Virus record (IMG/VR): IMGVR_UViG_3300032069_000862
Reading direction: 5' to 3' (one strand)
DNA length: 24,046 nucleotides
From: an uncultured virus (IMG/VR IMGVR_UViG_3300032069_000862)
Lineage: Duplodnaviria > Heunggongvirae > Uroviricota > Caudoviricetes
A program made the translations under genes and the position numbers. A model generated the notes under the pieces. It ran no database searches. It had not been told where the DNA came from and saw nothing but the letters and a program-made list of their open reading frames with translations. Below, piece after piece: positions 9,901 through 18,485 of this stretch; within the stretch, counting starts at the first letter, position 1, and every line of letters starts with the position of its first letter.

Positions 9901-9948
9901 GTTGGATGTCAAACCATTGAGGATTATGCGAGGGAGATATTTGATTAA
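6901..9948 (+). CDS. lonB: Membrane-anchored ATP-dependent protease LonB, intein-containing (about 688 aa after splicing)
   Basis: IIGQDQA, Walker A GDAGTGKS, two TM helices inside the AAA+ domain, DPYQTGGLGTPEHQRV, Walker B LFIDEI, HPALLDRI, catalytic Ser in EGPSAG and Lys in GGTHEK. ATG 6901 preferred over 6874 (GGTG at 6892, promoter spacing). Confidence 0.95.
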   Translation: MPDDYFGEKNEKWDWKNFKNTQGFPISDQLIEWIIGQDQAIRECRLCIDEWVHKLTYLKKKKWWKAFEDPMGLKPQPKEWLPAGPFLLLLGDAGTGKSLIGRAMSSYMTEVYKKHKIKLYDVLSWKNKDLPSEPKISIHQAGKGKEIIFSQTHKIERKSWFQRWGIKLLRLFMGGFGLVLIGLSMFIILASENPLWTLITVSPLVIGGGSLLFFAVMIGWFGKLSGGGPAQGIGGAERSDAPKLLVDNSSGRVPYIDACLLPETMVWTNQTLRNNYQITDSILNREGYSQKIINIEKRQWKGKIVRIKPRLLPEIVVTENHPILTQNRGWIIAKELQPNDVLIIQIPKSVNREIPEDLAWLFGIYLAEGFVKKEGYNWNQKKHGEHWARELGFTLGFHEEELSTRIKTIFKKYYNYKLKEDYHNSQEIQLNCYSANLNRFFRNSFGESATSKHIPADVFMWNEKGKRAFLRGYWEGDRINSKQNGYATASKQLFYDLIALHLSLGEIPSTFIHVCKGGIIRGRKVIPSLQYSMVINGKEKARNYKQKGSQLLLPVRNVRIENYSGEIINLETEDGTVPLPFITHNTGHGSAQLFGSIAWDPYQTGGLGTPEHQRVSAGDVHRAHLGILFIDEIKNLTGAEAITLLTVLEEGQIPIALRSLFHGGDTAAMAVSTEPVPAMVFFIAAGNLDSLPNIHPALLDRIQGYGKTVYMNNYMDNTVENRRKVVQFIAQEIKRFNLLPFTRESCIEIIEESRRKSGRKDKLTTKFRPLISIIKTASTLARDKDESEVDVKYVREAVEVHCKSIYQQILERIVTEKNVYLIINPKSEPKIGQIYGLAVTKDPNADEMMGTVLPIRASMEEPKKKQNGYFHITGVDVKNESYIQHSISKVSHVIQQICGFSPLDKRTHIDFAQSHGVEGPSAGVAMTLALLSIINKKEIRQDVAVTGEINVGVDGQIMITPIGGTHEKIMAAQRWGFSKVLIPLKNYENDIIPSEYKIKVVGCQTIEDYAREIFD
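7675..8655 (+). mobile_element. Intein with LAGLIDADG-type endonuclease in LonB (327 aa)
   Basis: Begins CLLPETMV, block B VTENH, LFGIYLAEG and FLRGYWEGD, ends ITHN before Thr; removal restores PYIDA-TGHGSAQLFG. Confidence 0.94.
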
Positions 9949-10933
9949 TCTTTGTTTTGTTATGAATCTTCCACAGGAAAACTTCTTTCAATGGGAAATT
10001 GCTTTAAGAAATTATGTCAGTTCAGAGTTTAAGATTGATTTTGTTACCATAGATTCAGATTTGATTCCTGAAAGTAAATTGGAAACTCTAAAGAATGCTG
10101 ATGTTATTTTTGTAAGATGTGTAGGTCATAATATTAATTGGGAATGGTATAAACTTCCGTTCATAATACGCAAAGTTGCACCAAAAACTAAAATTATCTA
10201 TCAAGAAGATATGGACTTCATGTGGCTTTTTATTCCAAATCATTATATATGGAATGATTTGCCAACAGAGGCTAAGGGAAAGTCACCCGAAGAATTTCTT
10301 GATGAATGTAATTTATTAGAAGTAATTGATGCATGGAATATTGAATATAATCCTCTTTTGGAACAATACATTAGGAAAAGAAGTTCTAAGCCAATATATC
10401 ATTTGATTCTGCCTCAACTTGTCAGATACAAAGAATATTTACAAGTTTTTCCCAGCAAATCAGAATTAAAGACTAAAATGAGAAATATTGCACTACTTAA
10501 ACACAGTGTTAAATCCGCATCCATCAAACATTTAGTTGAGAATTTATCGTATCACTTTAAGATTTTTAATTCAACCTCACACGAGGGACGGATGCCACTA
10601 CAGGGATTCATGTTTTTATTAAGTCATAATTGTTATATTGCCATTGATGATAATGAAAACTATAAAGCGTGGTCAAGATTTGGTATGGAATGTGCTTTGG
10701 CTCATGTGCCTTGCATCGGTTCAATGCCATCTGTTAAGTTATTCTTTCCAGAACTATATACTGAACACCAAGACTATGACAAACAAAAGAAATTAATTGA
10801 ACGGTTATTTAATGATGAAGATTTCTGGTTGAGAATGGCAAAAACTGGAAAGGAAAACGTTTTACGAATAATGAATACGTCTCAATTGACCAATAAACTT
10901 TTCCAGATTGTTAAGAGGGTGCAAAATGCATAG
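9941..10933 (+). CDS. Divergent GT-B fold glycosyltransferase-like protein
   Basis: C-terminal SRFGMECALAHVPCIGS...IERLFNDEDFWLRMAKTGKENV resembles GT-B C-terminal domains; glycan-operon context. TTG 9941 with GGGAG upstream overlaps the lon stop (track start 9899). Confidence 0.55.
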   Translation: MINLCFVMNLPQENFFQWEIALRNYVSSEFKIDFVTIDSDLIPESKLETLKNADVIFVRCVGHNINWEWYKLPFIIRKVAPKTKIIYQEDMDFMWLFIPNHYIWNDLPTEAKGKSPEEFLDECNLLEVIDAWNIEYNPLLEQYIRKRSSKPIYHLILPQLVRYKEYLQVFPSKSELKTKMRNIALLKHSVKSASIKHLVENLSYHFKIFNSTSHEGRMPLQGFMFLLSHNCYIAIDDNENYKAWSRFGMECALAHVPCIGSMPSVKLFFPELYTEHQDYDKQKKLIERLFNDEDFWLRMAKTGKENVLRIMNTSQLTNKLFQIVKRVQNA

Positions 10934-11840
10934 ATTAAAAATTTTAATAGTAATAGACCAATATGGTTGGGCGTTTGATTTTGCAGCTAGAGGAATTCAA
11001 AAATATTCAAAGCACGATGTTACAATAGAAAGATACGATAAAATTTCTGGGATATGGCAATCTTATGATGTTATATTCTTTATGAATAATTCAATTTTTC
11101 GTGATAAGAAACGATTTATAACTTCTGGAAAACGAATATGTGTAGGAATTAGAGGTGGATTAATAATACAAGAAAAAGGATGTGATAGAATTATACAAGG
11201 ATGCGATAATACTGTAGAAGGATGTGATATTGCCTGCGTATCCAAAGAAATCTATGATTTTCTATCTCAAAAGAAAATTTCAAGACTTCATCTTTGTCAC
11301 AATGGCGTTGATGATGAAATTTTTAAACCCTTTCAGAGACCGAAAGATAGGTTTGTTGTTGGTTGGGCAGGAAATCCCAATTCCAGTCCTAAAAGATATT
11401 ATTTACTTGGGCTGTTTGGAGAATTCGGGTTTCCAGTTAAAGTGATGGGAAGGTGGGGAAGACAATATTTTATTCCAAATAGGTCTCGTCAGGAAATGAT
11501 TGATTTTTATGAAAGTATAGATTGTCTCATTTGTGTAAGTGACGCTGAAGGGATGCCTCAGCCAATATTAGAAGCAGCTGCTACTGGATTACCCGTTATT
11601 TCGACTGATGTTGGTGGTGTTCCAGAGTTTTTAGACAAAGAATGGTTAATTCCCATTCAATCTAATCCAAAACTTCAAGTTGAAGAGTTTATAAAAAAAC
11701 TTCGTATATTAAAAGAAAATTCCGAATTAAGATTCGAAGTTGGTCAACGTAATTTACAGAAAACTTTAAATACTTGGTCGTGGAAGAATATTGTAAAAGA
11801 ATACGATAGGATGTTTGAGGGAAATGAATTATCTAAATAA
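10926..11840 (+). CDS. Glycosyltransferase family 4
   Basis: HNGVDDEIF, VGWAG, E-x7-E signature EGMPQPILE, AAATGLPVISTDVGGVPE. ATG 10926 follows GAGGGTG. Confidence 0.92.
   Translation: MHRLKILIVIDQYGWAFDFAARGIQKYSKHDVTIERYDKISGIWQSYDVIFFMNNSIFRDKKRFITSGKRICVGIRGGLIIQEKGCDRIIQGCDNTVEGCDIACVSKEIYDFLSQKKISRLHLCHNGVDDEIFKPFQRPKDRFVVGWAGNPNSSPKRYYLLGLFGEFGFPVKVMGRWGRQYFIPNRSRQEMIDFYESIDCLICVSDAEGMPQPILEAAATGLPVISTDVGGVPEFLDKEWLIPIQSNPKLQVEEFIKKLRILKENSELRFEVGQRNLQKTLNTWSWKNIVKEYDRMFEGNELSK
11176..11229 (+). repeat. Three degenerate in-frame repeats of 21-nt period
   Basis: AAGGATGYGATA at 11176, 11197 and 11218, encoding GCDRIIQ-GCDNTVE-GCDI. Confidence 0.7.
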
Positions 11841-13110
11841 AATTAATCTTGATTTTCTGTTTAAATCACAATATTGGACAAAAGAACAATTAAAAGAATT
11901 ACAGTTTGATGGTTTGAAGGATTTAATAATTCACGCTAAAAAGAACTGTTTGTTTTATAAGAATTTACCTATTATTCACGATATAGATGATTTAAAGAAT
12001 ATTCCAATATTGACCAAACGACAAATTCACAACAATTTTTCTGCACTAACGGCAAATAATATTCCAAGTTGTAGAAAATGGACTGGTGGAACTTCTGAAC
12101 AGGTGGTCATTCTCTCGAACTTAGACCAAAAACAAATAATAGATATGAAAATAAGATTTGATTCTTGGCATCCGAAAGAAACATGGAAACGCCAAGCTGT
12201 AGTTTGGGGTGGTGGCGAACTTGCCCACAAAGAGCCATATGAAGTTCGAAATGCTCTACATGAATATTTTGGAATATATAGTGTGCATTATTTTCCAATA
12301 GAATGGATGGTTGACGAAGAAACAACACTTAGATATTTAAAAATGATGGTAAAATTCAATCCAACATCAATAAGAGGTTATGCTTCAGCCCTACGGAAAT
12401 TGTCTTATTATGCAATTAAACACAATATAAAATTATCAGATTTAAAATGTATTATTAATAATTGTGAACCTCTTACAGAGGACACTCGAAAACTTGCTAG
12501 AGAAGCATTTAATGCTGAAATCTTTAATTTTTATGGCTCTCAGGATTTGGGTTCTATGGCACAAGACTGTGAAAAACACGAAGGACTACATTTAGGTATG
12601 GAACGCTATATTCTTGAAATTATGCCAGATGGACGACTTATATGGACTGATTTACTTAATTATGCTATGCCATTAATACGTTATGAAAATGGAGATATTG
12701 GCGAACTAGATAAATCATGTTCATGTGGTAGAGGACTAACTACTTTAAAAAACATTGTTGGTCGAACATTTCAATACCTATGGACGAAACAGGGAACTTG
12801 GTTAAACGTGACGGAAATTAATGAAGCCATGTATTACGATGTTCCAAATTATCTTGATTTAATTGAAGCTCACCAAGTTCAGCAAGATGAAAAAGGCAAA
12901 ATTAAATTATTATTAAAACCATGGGATAAGAATAAGTTACCTAATATGACCATAATTCAGAAATATTTTGCTAATCGACTGGACATTGAAATTATTTATG
13001 TTGACGAAATGGTTCTTTCAAAAAGTGGAAAACAATTAGCTTGTATTACTAAATTTAGACCACCGTGGATAAATAAAAATGAGTGGGAAATCGACAGAAC
13101 CGAAGGCTGA
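11824..13110 (+). CDS. Phenylacetate-CoA ligase (PaaK/CapK-like) adenylate-forming enzyme
   Basis: IPILTK, degenerate P-loop WTGGTS, GYASAL, CEPL, FYGSQD, MPLIRYENGD, IVGR, SKSGK. ATG 11824 follows GAGGG. Confidence 0.85.
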   Translation: MNYLNKINLDFLFKSQYWTKEQLKELQFDGLKDLIIHAKKNCLFYKNLPIIHDIDDLKNIPILTKRQIHNNFSALTANNIPSCRKWTGGTSEQVVILSNLDQKQIIDMKIRFDSWHPKETWKRQAVVWGGGELAHKEPYEVRNALHEYFGIYSVHYFPIEWMVDEETTLRYLKMMVKFNPTSIRGYASALRKLSYYAIKHNIKLSDLKCIINNCEPLTEDTRKLAREAFNAEIFNFYGSQDLGSMAQDCEKHEGLHLGMERYILEIMPDGRLIWTDLLNYAMPLIRYENGDIGELDKSCSCGRGLTTLKNIVGRTFQYLWTKQGTWLNVTEINEAMYYDVPNYLDLIEAHQVQQDEKGKIKLLLKPWDKNKLPNMTIIQKYFANRLDIEIIYVDEMVLSKSGKQLACITKFRPPWINKNEWEIDRTEG

Positions 13111-13116
13111 TGGGCA

Positions 13117-14325
13117 TTGAAAGTTCTGTGGATTTTTAGAAATACGTTGCCCGTTCAGTTTAATTCTGAGTTTATAAAAGATTTTGAAAAGAAGATTGGA
13201 AAAAATAATATTGTTTTTTATGGAATTGCGGGACTTCCGAAGTATGATTCTTCGGGATTGGCTTTTTATCCATCTAATTATAAAATATTTCGTGGAAACA
13301 ATTTTAAAGAAGTAGTGAAAGAAGAAACGCCCGATGTAGTAGTGGTAGATAAGGATTATGTTAATACTGGCGGAGTAGATATTCCGAGAGCAACATTTAT
13401 GATGGACGTTCATGGAGAATGGTTTAACCGATTTGAACGAGTTAAGACTGGTCAAATAGATATGATTTTTCTTAGATATTATGGTAATGGAATAGCTTTT
13501 AGAGTGAAGCACGATATGAAATGTGCCGTTGGATATTGTCCGTGGTCAATTTCTCCTAAATTATTTTATGATTTGAATTTGGAACGTGTTCGAGATGTTT
13601 ATATTACAGGTTCTCATAATCCTATTTATCCAATTAGAATGATGCTTCATTTTCCTATCCAACAAAAATATGGACACACGCCAATAGAAGGATACATCGA
13701 TGATTTCACATTTATTGCCGATGAGAAGAAATTTCTTTATTATAGATATTTTTCTACGTTAAATACTTCGAAGATGGCGGTTTTTGATTCCAGTCTCTTC
13801 AAATATCCCCTTATGAAGTTTTTTGAGGTAATGGCTTGTAATACTCTGGCTATGTCTGATTTGCCTGTTGATTGGGAAGTATTAGGATTTAAACCTGAAA
13901 TCAATATGGTTTCAATAAATTATTATGATTATTTAGACAAGATTAAATATTATATTCGAAATGAGGACGAGCGGAAACGAATTGCCCAAAATGGCATGAA
14001 TCTCATTTTAAATTATCATACAAATGAAATTAGGGCAGAACAATTAATATTTCAACTTGAGGAATTAATAAATGCAAAAAATGAGGAAAGAACATTTAGT
14101 GAACAAAACGTTAAGGGCGAAATGGGTAAAATGTTATCTATTTTAAAACAAAACGAAAAATATTATGACAGGGGCAATCTTCTTCATCAAACTATAGATA
14201 GAGGATATGTAAATTTAATAGACAACTGGTATCCTAAAGCCCATGCATTGTGGGGAAAAATATATAAAAAAGAAGCAACAATACAAGATTGGATTAATTT
14301 TGTCGAACATGGAGATGATAAATAA
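13117..14325 (+). CDS. CgeB-like glycosyltransferase (Glyco_trans_1_2 type)
   Basis: YPLMKFFEVMACNTL and DKIKYYIRNEDERKRIAQNGMNLILNYHTNEIRA match the typical C-terminal pattern; TTG start. Confidence 0.8.
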   Translation: MKVLWIFRNTLPVQFNSEFIKDFEKKIGKNNIVFYGIAGLPKYDSSGLAFYPSNYKIFRGNNFKEVVKEETPDVVVVDKDYVNTGGVDIPRATFMMDVHGEWFNRFERVKTGQIDMIFLRYYGNGIAFRVKHDMKCAVGYCPWSISPKLFYDLNLERVRDVYITGSHNPIYPIRMMLHFPIQQKYGHTPIEGYIDDFTFIADEKKFLYYRYFSTLNTSKMAVFDSSLFKYPLMKFFEVMACNTLAMSDLPVDWEVLGFKPEINMVSINYYDYLDKIKYYIRNEDERKRIAQNGMNLILNYHTNEIRAEQLIFQLEELINAKNEERTFSEQNVKGEMGKMLSILKQNEKYYDRGNLLHQTIDRGYVNLIDNWYPKAHALWGKIYKKEATIQDWINFVEHGDDK

Positions 14326-15198
14326 ATGAAAATTCTAGTAACTGGCGGTTCAGGATTTATCGGAACATCTTTGGCTAGGCGATTAATGAAAGCTGGTCAT
14401 AAAGTAATGAGTTTAGATGTTTATCCGCCACGGATTGATATTGATTACGTTAAAGCAGATATTACTGACCCCAAAATAAAAGAGGCGAAGTTTTGGAAAG
14501 GAATTGATGTTTGTTATCATCTTGCGGCTATGGCAAACGTGGATGATTGCAGAGTTTATAAAGACAAAGCATTCTTTGTAAATCTTTACGGCACATTCAA
14601 CATTGCTGAAGCGTGCAGGCGACACAATATTAAAATGATTTTTGCCAGCACAGTCTGTGTTTATGGAATTACTACTCAACACCCATCAACTGAGGATGGA
14701 CCGACACATCCGATGGATTTATATGGCGTGACGAAACGGGCTGGTGAGGAAATTGTAAAACTCCTTCCAATATGGGTGATTCTAAGATTTGGAACAACAG
14801 TAGGTCCAGAAATGCGTCCCGCCCTTGTAACATGGATATTTCTTAATCAGGCTCATAATAATGAACCATTTACTATAACTGGAACTGGTGGGCAAAGTCG
14901 AAATTGGATTTATGTCGAAGATTTGGTAGAAGGCTGTTATAAAGCCCTTAAAGCCGAAAATCAAATCATTAATCTTGTCGGTAAAAAATCTTATACAGTT
15001 TATGAAGTGGCGGAAATGTGTGCTGAAGTCGTTAATGGAACTGCTAAAAACATGCGAGTAAAATATATTCCAGCAAGAGAAGGCGACGTATTTAAAGAGG
15101 ATATATCAATCGAAAAAGCCAGAAAACTGTTGAAGTGGACTCCCAAAGTCGATTTGAAGGAAGCCCTACGGAAATCATACAAACAAATATTCAGATAA
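14326..15198 (+). CDS. NAD-dependent nucleotide-sugar epimerase/dehydratase (extended SDR)
   Basis: ILVTGGSGFIG, HLAA, FAST, catalytic YGVTK, GTGGQSRNWIYVEDL, REGD. Confidence 0.93.
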   Translation: MKILVTGGSGFIGTSLARRLMKAGHKVMSLDVYPPRIDIDYVKADITDPKIKEAKFWKGIDVCYHLAAMANVDDCRVYKDKAFFVNLYGTFNIAEACRRHNIKMIFASTVCVYGITTQHPSTEDGPTHPMDLYGVTKRAGEEIVKLLPIWVILRFGTTVGPEMRPALVTWIFLNQAHNNEPFTITGTGGQSRNWIYVEDLVEGCYKALKAENQIINLVGKKSYTVYEVAEMCAEVVNGTAKNMRVKYIPAREGDVFKEDISIEKARKLLKWTPKVDLKEALRKSYKQIFR

Positions 15199-15204
15199 AT
15201 TTAT

Positions 15205-15220
15205 CCAAAAGACTTAAATA
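15205..15220 (+). promoter_or_regulatory. BRE-TATA promoter
   Basis: CCAAAAGACTTAAATA ending 33 nt before ATG 15253. Confidence 0.55.
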
Positions 15221-15252
15221 ATTGATTGAGTGTTATAGATTGAGGTAAGTCT

Positions 15253-15726
15253 ATGCCTGAAGATAAACCTAAACCGTATGTTGTTGGAACTCCTATCTGT
15301 GATGAATGCGGTAAACATCGTCCAGTAATTATCTCAGTTCTTGAAAGAAAGGAAACAAATTATGGTTATGAACTTGTTAAGAGGAATCTTTGCGTTTATC
15401 ATTTTGCCATGATGCTTGAGACTTATGATGATAAATATCCAGATGAAGTGCCAGATGATATGAAACATGATGATATGGATGATAATGGTGATGAAGAACC
15501 AATTAATCCCGATGATGATGAAGAAGATTTTGGAACGAATGTTGAATGTGAAAAGACTGATTGTTTATGGAACGAAAAAGATGGAGAATGTCAAAGATGT
15601 GAAATCAGATTGATTGACATGGGTTTGAAAGACAGTTTGCCGTTAGTAACCTGCGACTCCTATGTAAAGAAAGACAGTAAAATTGGCAAACTTATCAGTT
15701 TCTTATATCGTATCTCAAAACCGTAA
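15253..15726 (+). CDS. Hypothetical Cys-rich protein with acidic linker; C-terminal part DUF1540-like
   Basis: CDECG...CVYH, Asp/Glu-rich centre, then VECEKTDCLWN...C...I...TCDSY; GAGGT ribosome-binding site. Confidence 0.65.
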   Translation: MPEDKPKPYVVGTPICDECGKHRPVIISVLERKETNYGYELVKRNLCVYHFAMMLETYDDKYPDEVPDDMKHDDMDDNGDEEPINPDDDEEDFGTNVECEKTDCLWNEKDGECQRCEIRLIDMGLKDSLPLVTCDSYVKKDSKIGKLISFLYRISKP

Positions 15727-15736
15727 GATTTAAATA
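15721..15736 (+). promoter_or_regulatory. BRE-TATA promoter of the serine protease
   Basis: CCGTAAGATTTAAATA overlapping the upstream stop, ending 36 nt before ATG 15772; AGGTGA site upstream of the ATG. Confidence 0.65.
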
Positions 15737-15771
15737 GTTGAAAGACTTAATTCTAATTAAAGGTGAATTGA

Positions 15772-16650
15772 ATGGTTGACTTAACTCAAACCAAAATAGA
15801 GGAAATCCATCGCAAAGTTTTATACCCAGTAGTGAGGGTAAGGACCGAGAAAGCTGGCGGCAGTGGTCTCATTATCTATTCTAAACCAACCCCAGAAAAT
15901 CCAGAAATTTTTGAGACCTATGTGATAACTTGCCATCACGTTGTTGAAGATGCCATTCAATTTGTTACACAGTGGTCAAGTATAGCTCAGAGAAACTTAA
16001 CCGTCGAAGACAGACAATTAGTTCAAGTTGAAATTTTCAAGTATGAGAAACTTAGTCGTTGTATTGGAAGCACTACTTTACAGGCTGAAATTGTAGCGTG
16101 GGATAAGAACTTTGATGTTGCTGTTCTAAAAATCAGGACTGAAGATGAATTCAAACATGTTGCAAAACTTTATCCGAAAGATAAGGAAGACGATATAAAA
16201 CTGGGCAGACCATTAGTTACATGCGGATGCTCACTTGGACATGAACCAATATTCACTCTTGGAAACTTGGTTGCAAAACATGATATGATTGAGAACAAAG
16301 AATACTGGATGAGCACGGCAAACTCAATATTCGGAAATTCAGGTGGAGCAATCTTCTTGGCAGACACTTATGAATACGTAGGCATTACAGCAAGAATAAC
16401 TGCAATACAACTGGGATTCGGCGTGGACATAATAACTTGGATGGGATTCATGATACCAATAACAAATATTTATGCATTTCTAGATGACGAATTTCTACAA
16501 TTCCTATACGACCCTGCATACACAAGCACACAATGTGCCGAAATGAGAAAGGCAAAAATGCTAGAGGAAGAGAAGAAACTTATCCTTCCACCAGAAATTC
16601 CAAAAGGCGGAAAACTCGTAAAACGTGAAGAAGAAAGTTTGCCCAAATAA
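15772..16650 (+). CDS. Trypsin-like (S1) serine protease
   Basis: GGSGLII, His in ITCHHV, Asp in FDVAVL, Ser in GNSGG; no signal peptide or PDZ domain visible. Confidence 0.88.
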   Translation: MVDLTQTKIEEIHRKVLYPVVRVRTEKAGGSGLIIYSKPTPENPEIFETYVITCHHVVEDAIQFVTQWSSIAQRNLTVEDRQLVQVEIFKYEKLSRCIGSTTLQAEIVAWDKNFDVAVLKIRTEDEFKHVAKLYPKDKEDDIKLGRPLVTCGCSLGHEPIFTLGNLVAKHDMIENKEYWMSTANSIFGNSGGAIFLADTYEYVGITARITAIQLGFGVDIITWMGFMIPITNIYAFLDDEFLQFLYDPAYTSTQCAEMRKAKMLEEEKKLILPPEIPKGGKLVKREEESLPK

Positions 16651-16680
16651 ATTCTCCCCCTTCTTTAATGGTGATATACG

Positions 16681-16815
16681 GTGGATTTCAATTATCAAGC
16701 GTGTCCTCTATGTAAAGGCAAAGGTATAGATGAAAATCTTAAAGTATGTTCTCTTTGTAAAGGAACTGGAAGAATTATAGTTCGATTTTTACCACCAATA
16801 GTCACCATTAAATAA
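16681..16815 (+). CDS. 44-aa DnaJ-type CxxCxGxG zinc-finger microprotein (not in ORF track)
   Basis: GTG start with GGTGA at 16670; MDFNYQACPLCKGKGIDENLKVCSLCKGTGRIIVRFLPPIVTIK. Confidence 0.8.
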   Translation: MDFNYQACPLCKGKGIDENLKVCSLCKGTGRIIVRFLPPIVTIK

Positions 16816-16831
16816 CCGCAATCTTTAAATA
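16816..16831 (+). promoter_or_regulatory. BRE-TATA promoter of the methyltransferase operon
   Basis: CCGCAATCTTTAAATA ending 35 nt before ATG 16866. Confidence 0.7.
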
Positions 16832-16865
16832 GTCTTGCCGATATATTTTTTGTTAGGTCTAATTA

Positions 16866-18485
16866 ATGAATGAATCCGTTAAACCTATAGAATGGTGGCT
16901 CAATAAGATTCATTGCGAAAAAATAGGGCAAATGATAATTAAAGAAATACCAGATAATTCTATTGATTGTATAGTAACTGACCCGCCTTATGGTTATAAT
17001 TTTATGGGTAAAGATTGGGATAAGGCTGTTCCGAGTGTGGAATGGTGGAAGGAATGTTTGCGGGTCTTGAAGGCTGGGGCGTTCATGTTTGTTATGTCTG
17101 CTCCACGGCAAGACGTTCTTAGCCAAATGATAGTGAGGTTGGGGCAAGCTGGATTTGAAACTGGGTTCACAAGCATTTACTGGGCTTATGCAAGCGGATT
17201 TCCAAAAGCCATGAATGTTTCATTAGCCGTTGATAAACAAGAGTGCAGGAAACAGTTGAGGGAGAAACTTGGTAGAGAACCAAGCAAGGAAGAATTTAAA
17301 GAGGCGTGGAAACAATTTAGAAAAGTTTTAGGTGAGAGTCCTTACAATTATAAAAGACCAAATGAGGGAAAAACTGGCAATACTACTTATGCTCAAGGTG
17401 GTTACAAAGCATATATTACTGAACCCGTTTCTGATAAAGCCAAAGTCTTAGACGGTAGTTACGGCGGTTTCCAGCCTAAACCAGCAGTCGAAATCATCAT
17501 TGTCTGCATGAAACCGTTAAGCGAGAAAACGTATGTTGAGCAAGCGTTGAAGAATGGGAAGGGGATAACATTGCTTGATGATGCAAGAATACCATATACA
17601 TCCAAAGATGATGTAAGTGGTTGGAGTAAAACTGGTGCAGATGGAAGCAAAGGTTATCAACGAACAGACACTTTTAAAATTAGACCAATTACACCTGAAG
17701 AAATCCAAGAAAGATGTGTAAGTAAAGGTCGTTTTCCAGCCAACTTGCTCGTGAGCGATGACGTGTTGAATGATGGAAAATTATATGAGGGAAAGAAACC
17801 CTTCAAGAAATTAAGCAAGTATGCTTGGGTAGAACAACAACAGAAAAATCAGAAGTTTGAAAGTCAAGCTGGATTGGGAGAGAAAGGTTCTTTCGGTTCT
17901 TTCAGTCGTTACTTCGATTTGGATAAGTGGTTCGAGAAAGCGGTTGAGAATCTTCCAGAAGATGTTAAGAAGACGTTTCCGTTTCTGATTTGTCCAAAAG
18001 CAAGCAAGAGTGAAAGAGAAGCGGGTGGAACGGGTGAGCGTAGTGTAACCGAAGGATTCCCAGAAACACAACGAGTCAATATTCATCCAACGGTTAAGCC
18101 CATTAAACTTATGAGTTATCTGGTTACGTTGGGTAGTCGTGAAGGCGATATAATTCTTGACCCGTTTGTTGGTAGTGGAACAACTTGCATATCGGCGAAG
18201 ATGCTTAATAGAAAATGGATAGGCATTGATTGTTATCCAGAATATTGTGAGATAGCGAGTGCTAGACTTGAAAACTGCGAAATAGTTAGACATGATTTAA
18301 CTTCTGAAGAAAAAATTGTTGAACAACAATCAACAGTTCAACCAATAGAAAAACCAGTAGAGATAAAACAAGAGATAAAAGAAGAAGGTATTAAATGCCC
18401 AAAATGCGGAACTAAAATGTATAAGGGAAAGAAGGCATATTATTGCATAAAAGCAAACTGTGATGGAATGATGGAAATAAAATGA
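16866..18485 (+). CDS. Beta-class DNA amino-methyltransferase (probably N6-adenine), phage type, with C-terminal Zn ribbon
   Basis: Motif IV VTDPPY near the N-terminus, GRFPAN, HPTVKP, motif I DPFVGSGTT; tail CPKCG...CIKANC. Confidence 0.92.
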   Translation: MNESVKPIEWWLNKIHCEKIGQMIIKEIPDNSIDCIVTDPPYGYNFMGKDWDKAVPSVEWWKECLRVLKAGAFMFVMSAPRQDVLSQMIVRLGQAGFETGFTSIYWAYASGFPKAMNVSLAVDKQECRKQLREKLGREPSKEEFKEAWKQFRKVLGESPYNYKRPNEGKTGNTTYAQGGYKAYITEPVSDKAKVLDGSYGGFQPKPAVEIIIVCMKPLSEKTYVEQALKNGKGITLLDDARIPYTSKDDVSGWSKTGADGSKGYQRTDTFKIRPITPEEIQERCVSKGRFPANLLVSDDVLNDGKLYEGKKPFKKLSKYAWVEQQQKNQKFESQAGLGEKGSFGSFSRYFDLDKWFEKAVENLPEDVKKTFPFLICPKASKSEREAGGTGERSVTEGFPETQRVNIHPTVKPIKLMSYLVTLGSREGDIILDPFVGSGTTCISAKMLNRKWIGIDCYPEYCEIASARLENCEIVRHDLTSEEKIVEQQSTVQPIEKPVEIKQEIKEEGIKCPKCGTKMYKGKKAYYCIKANCDGMMEIK

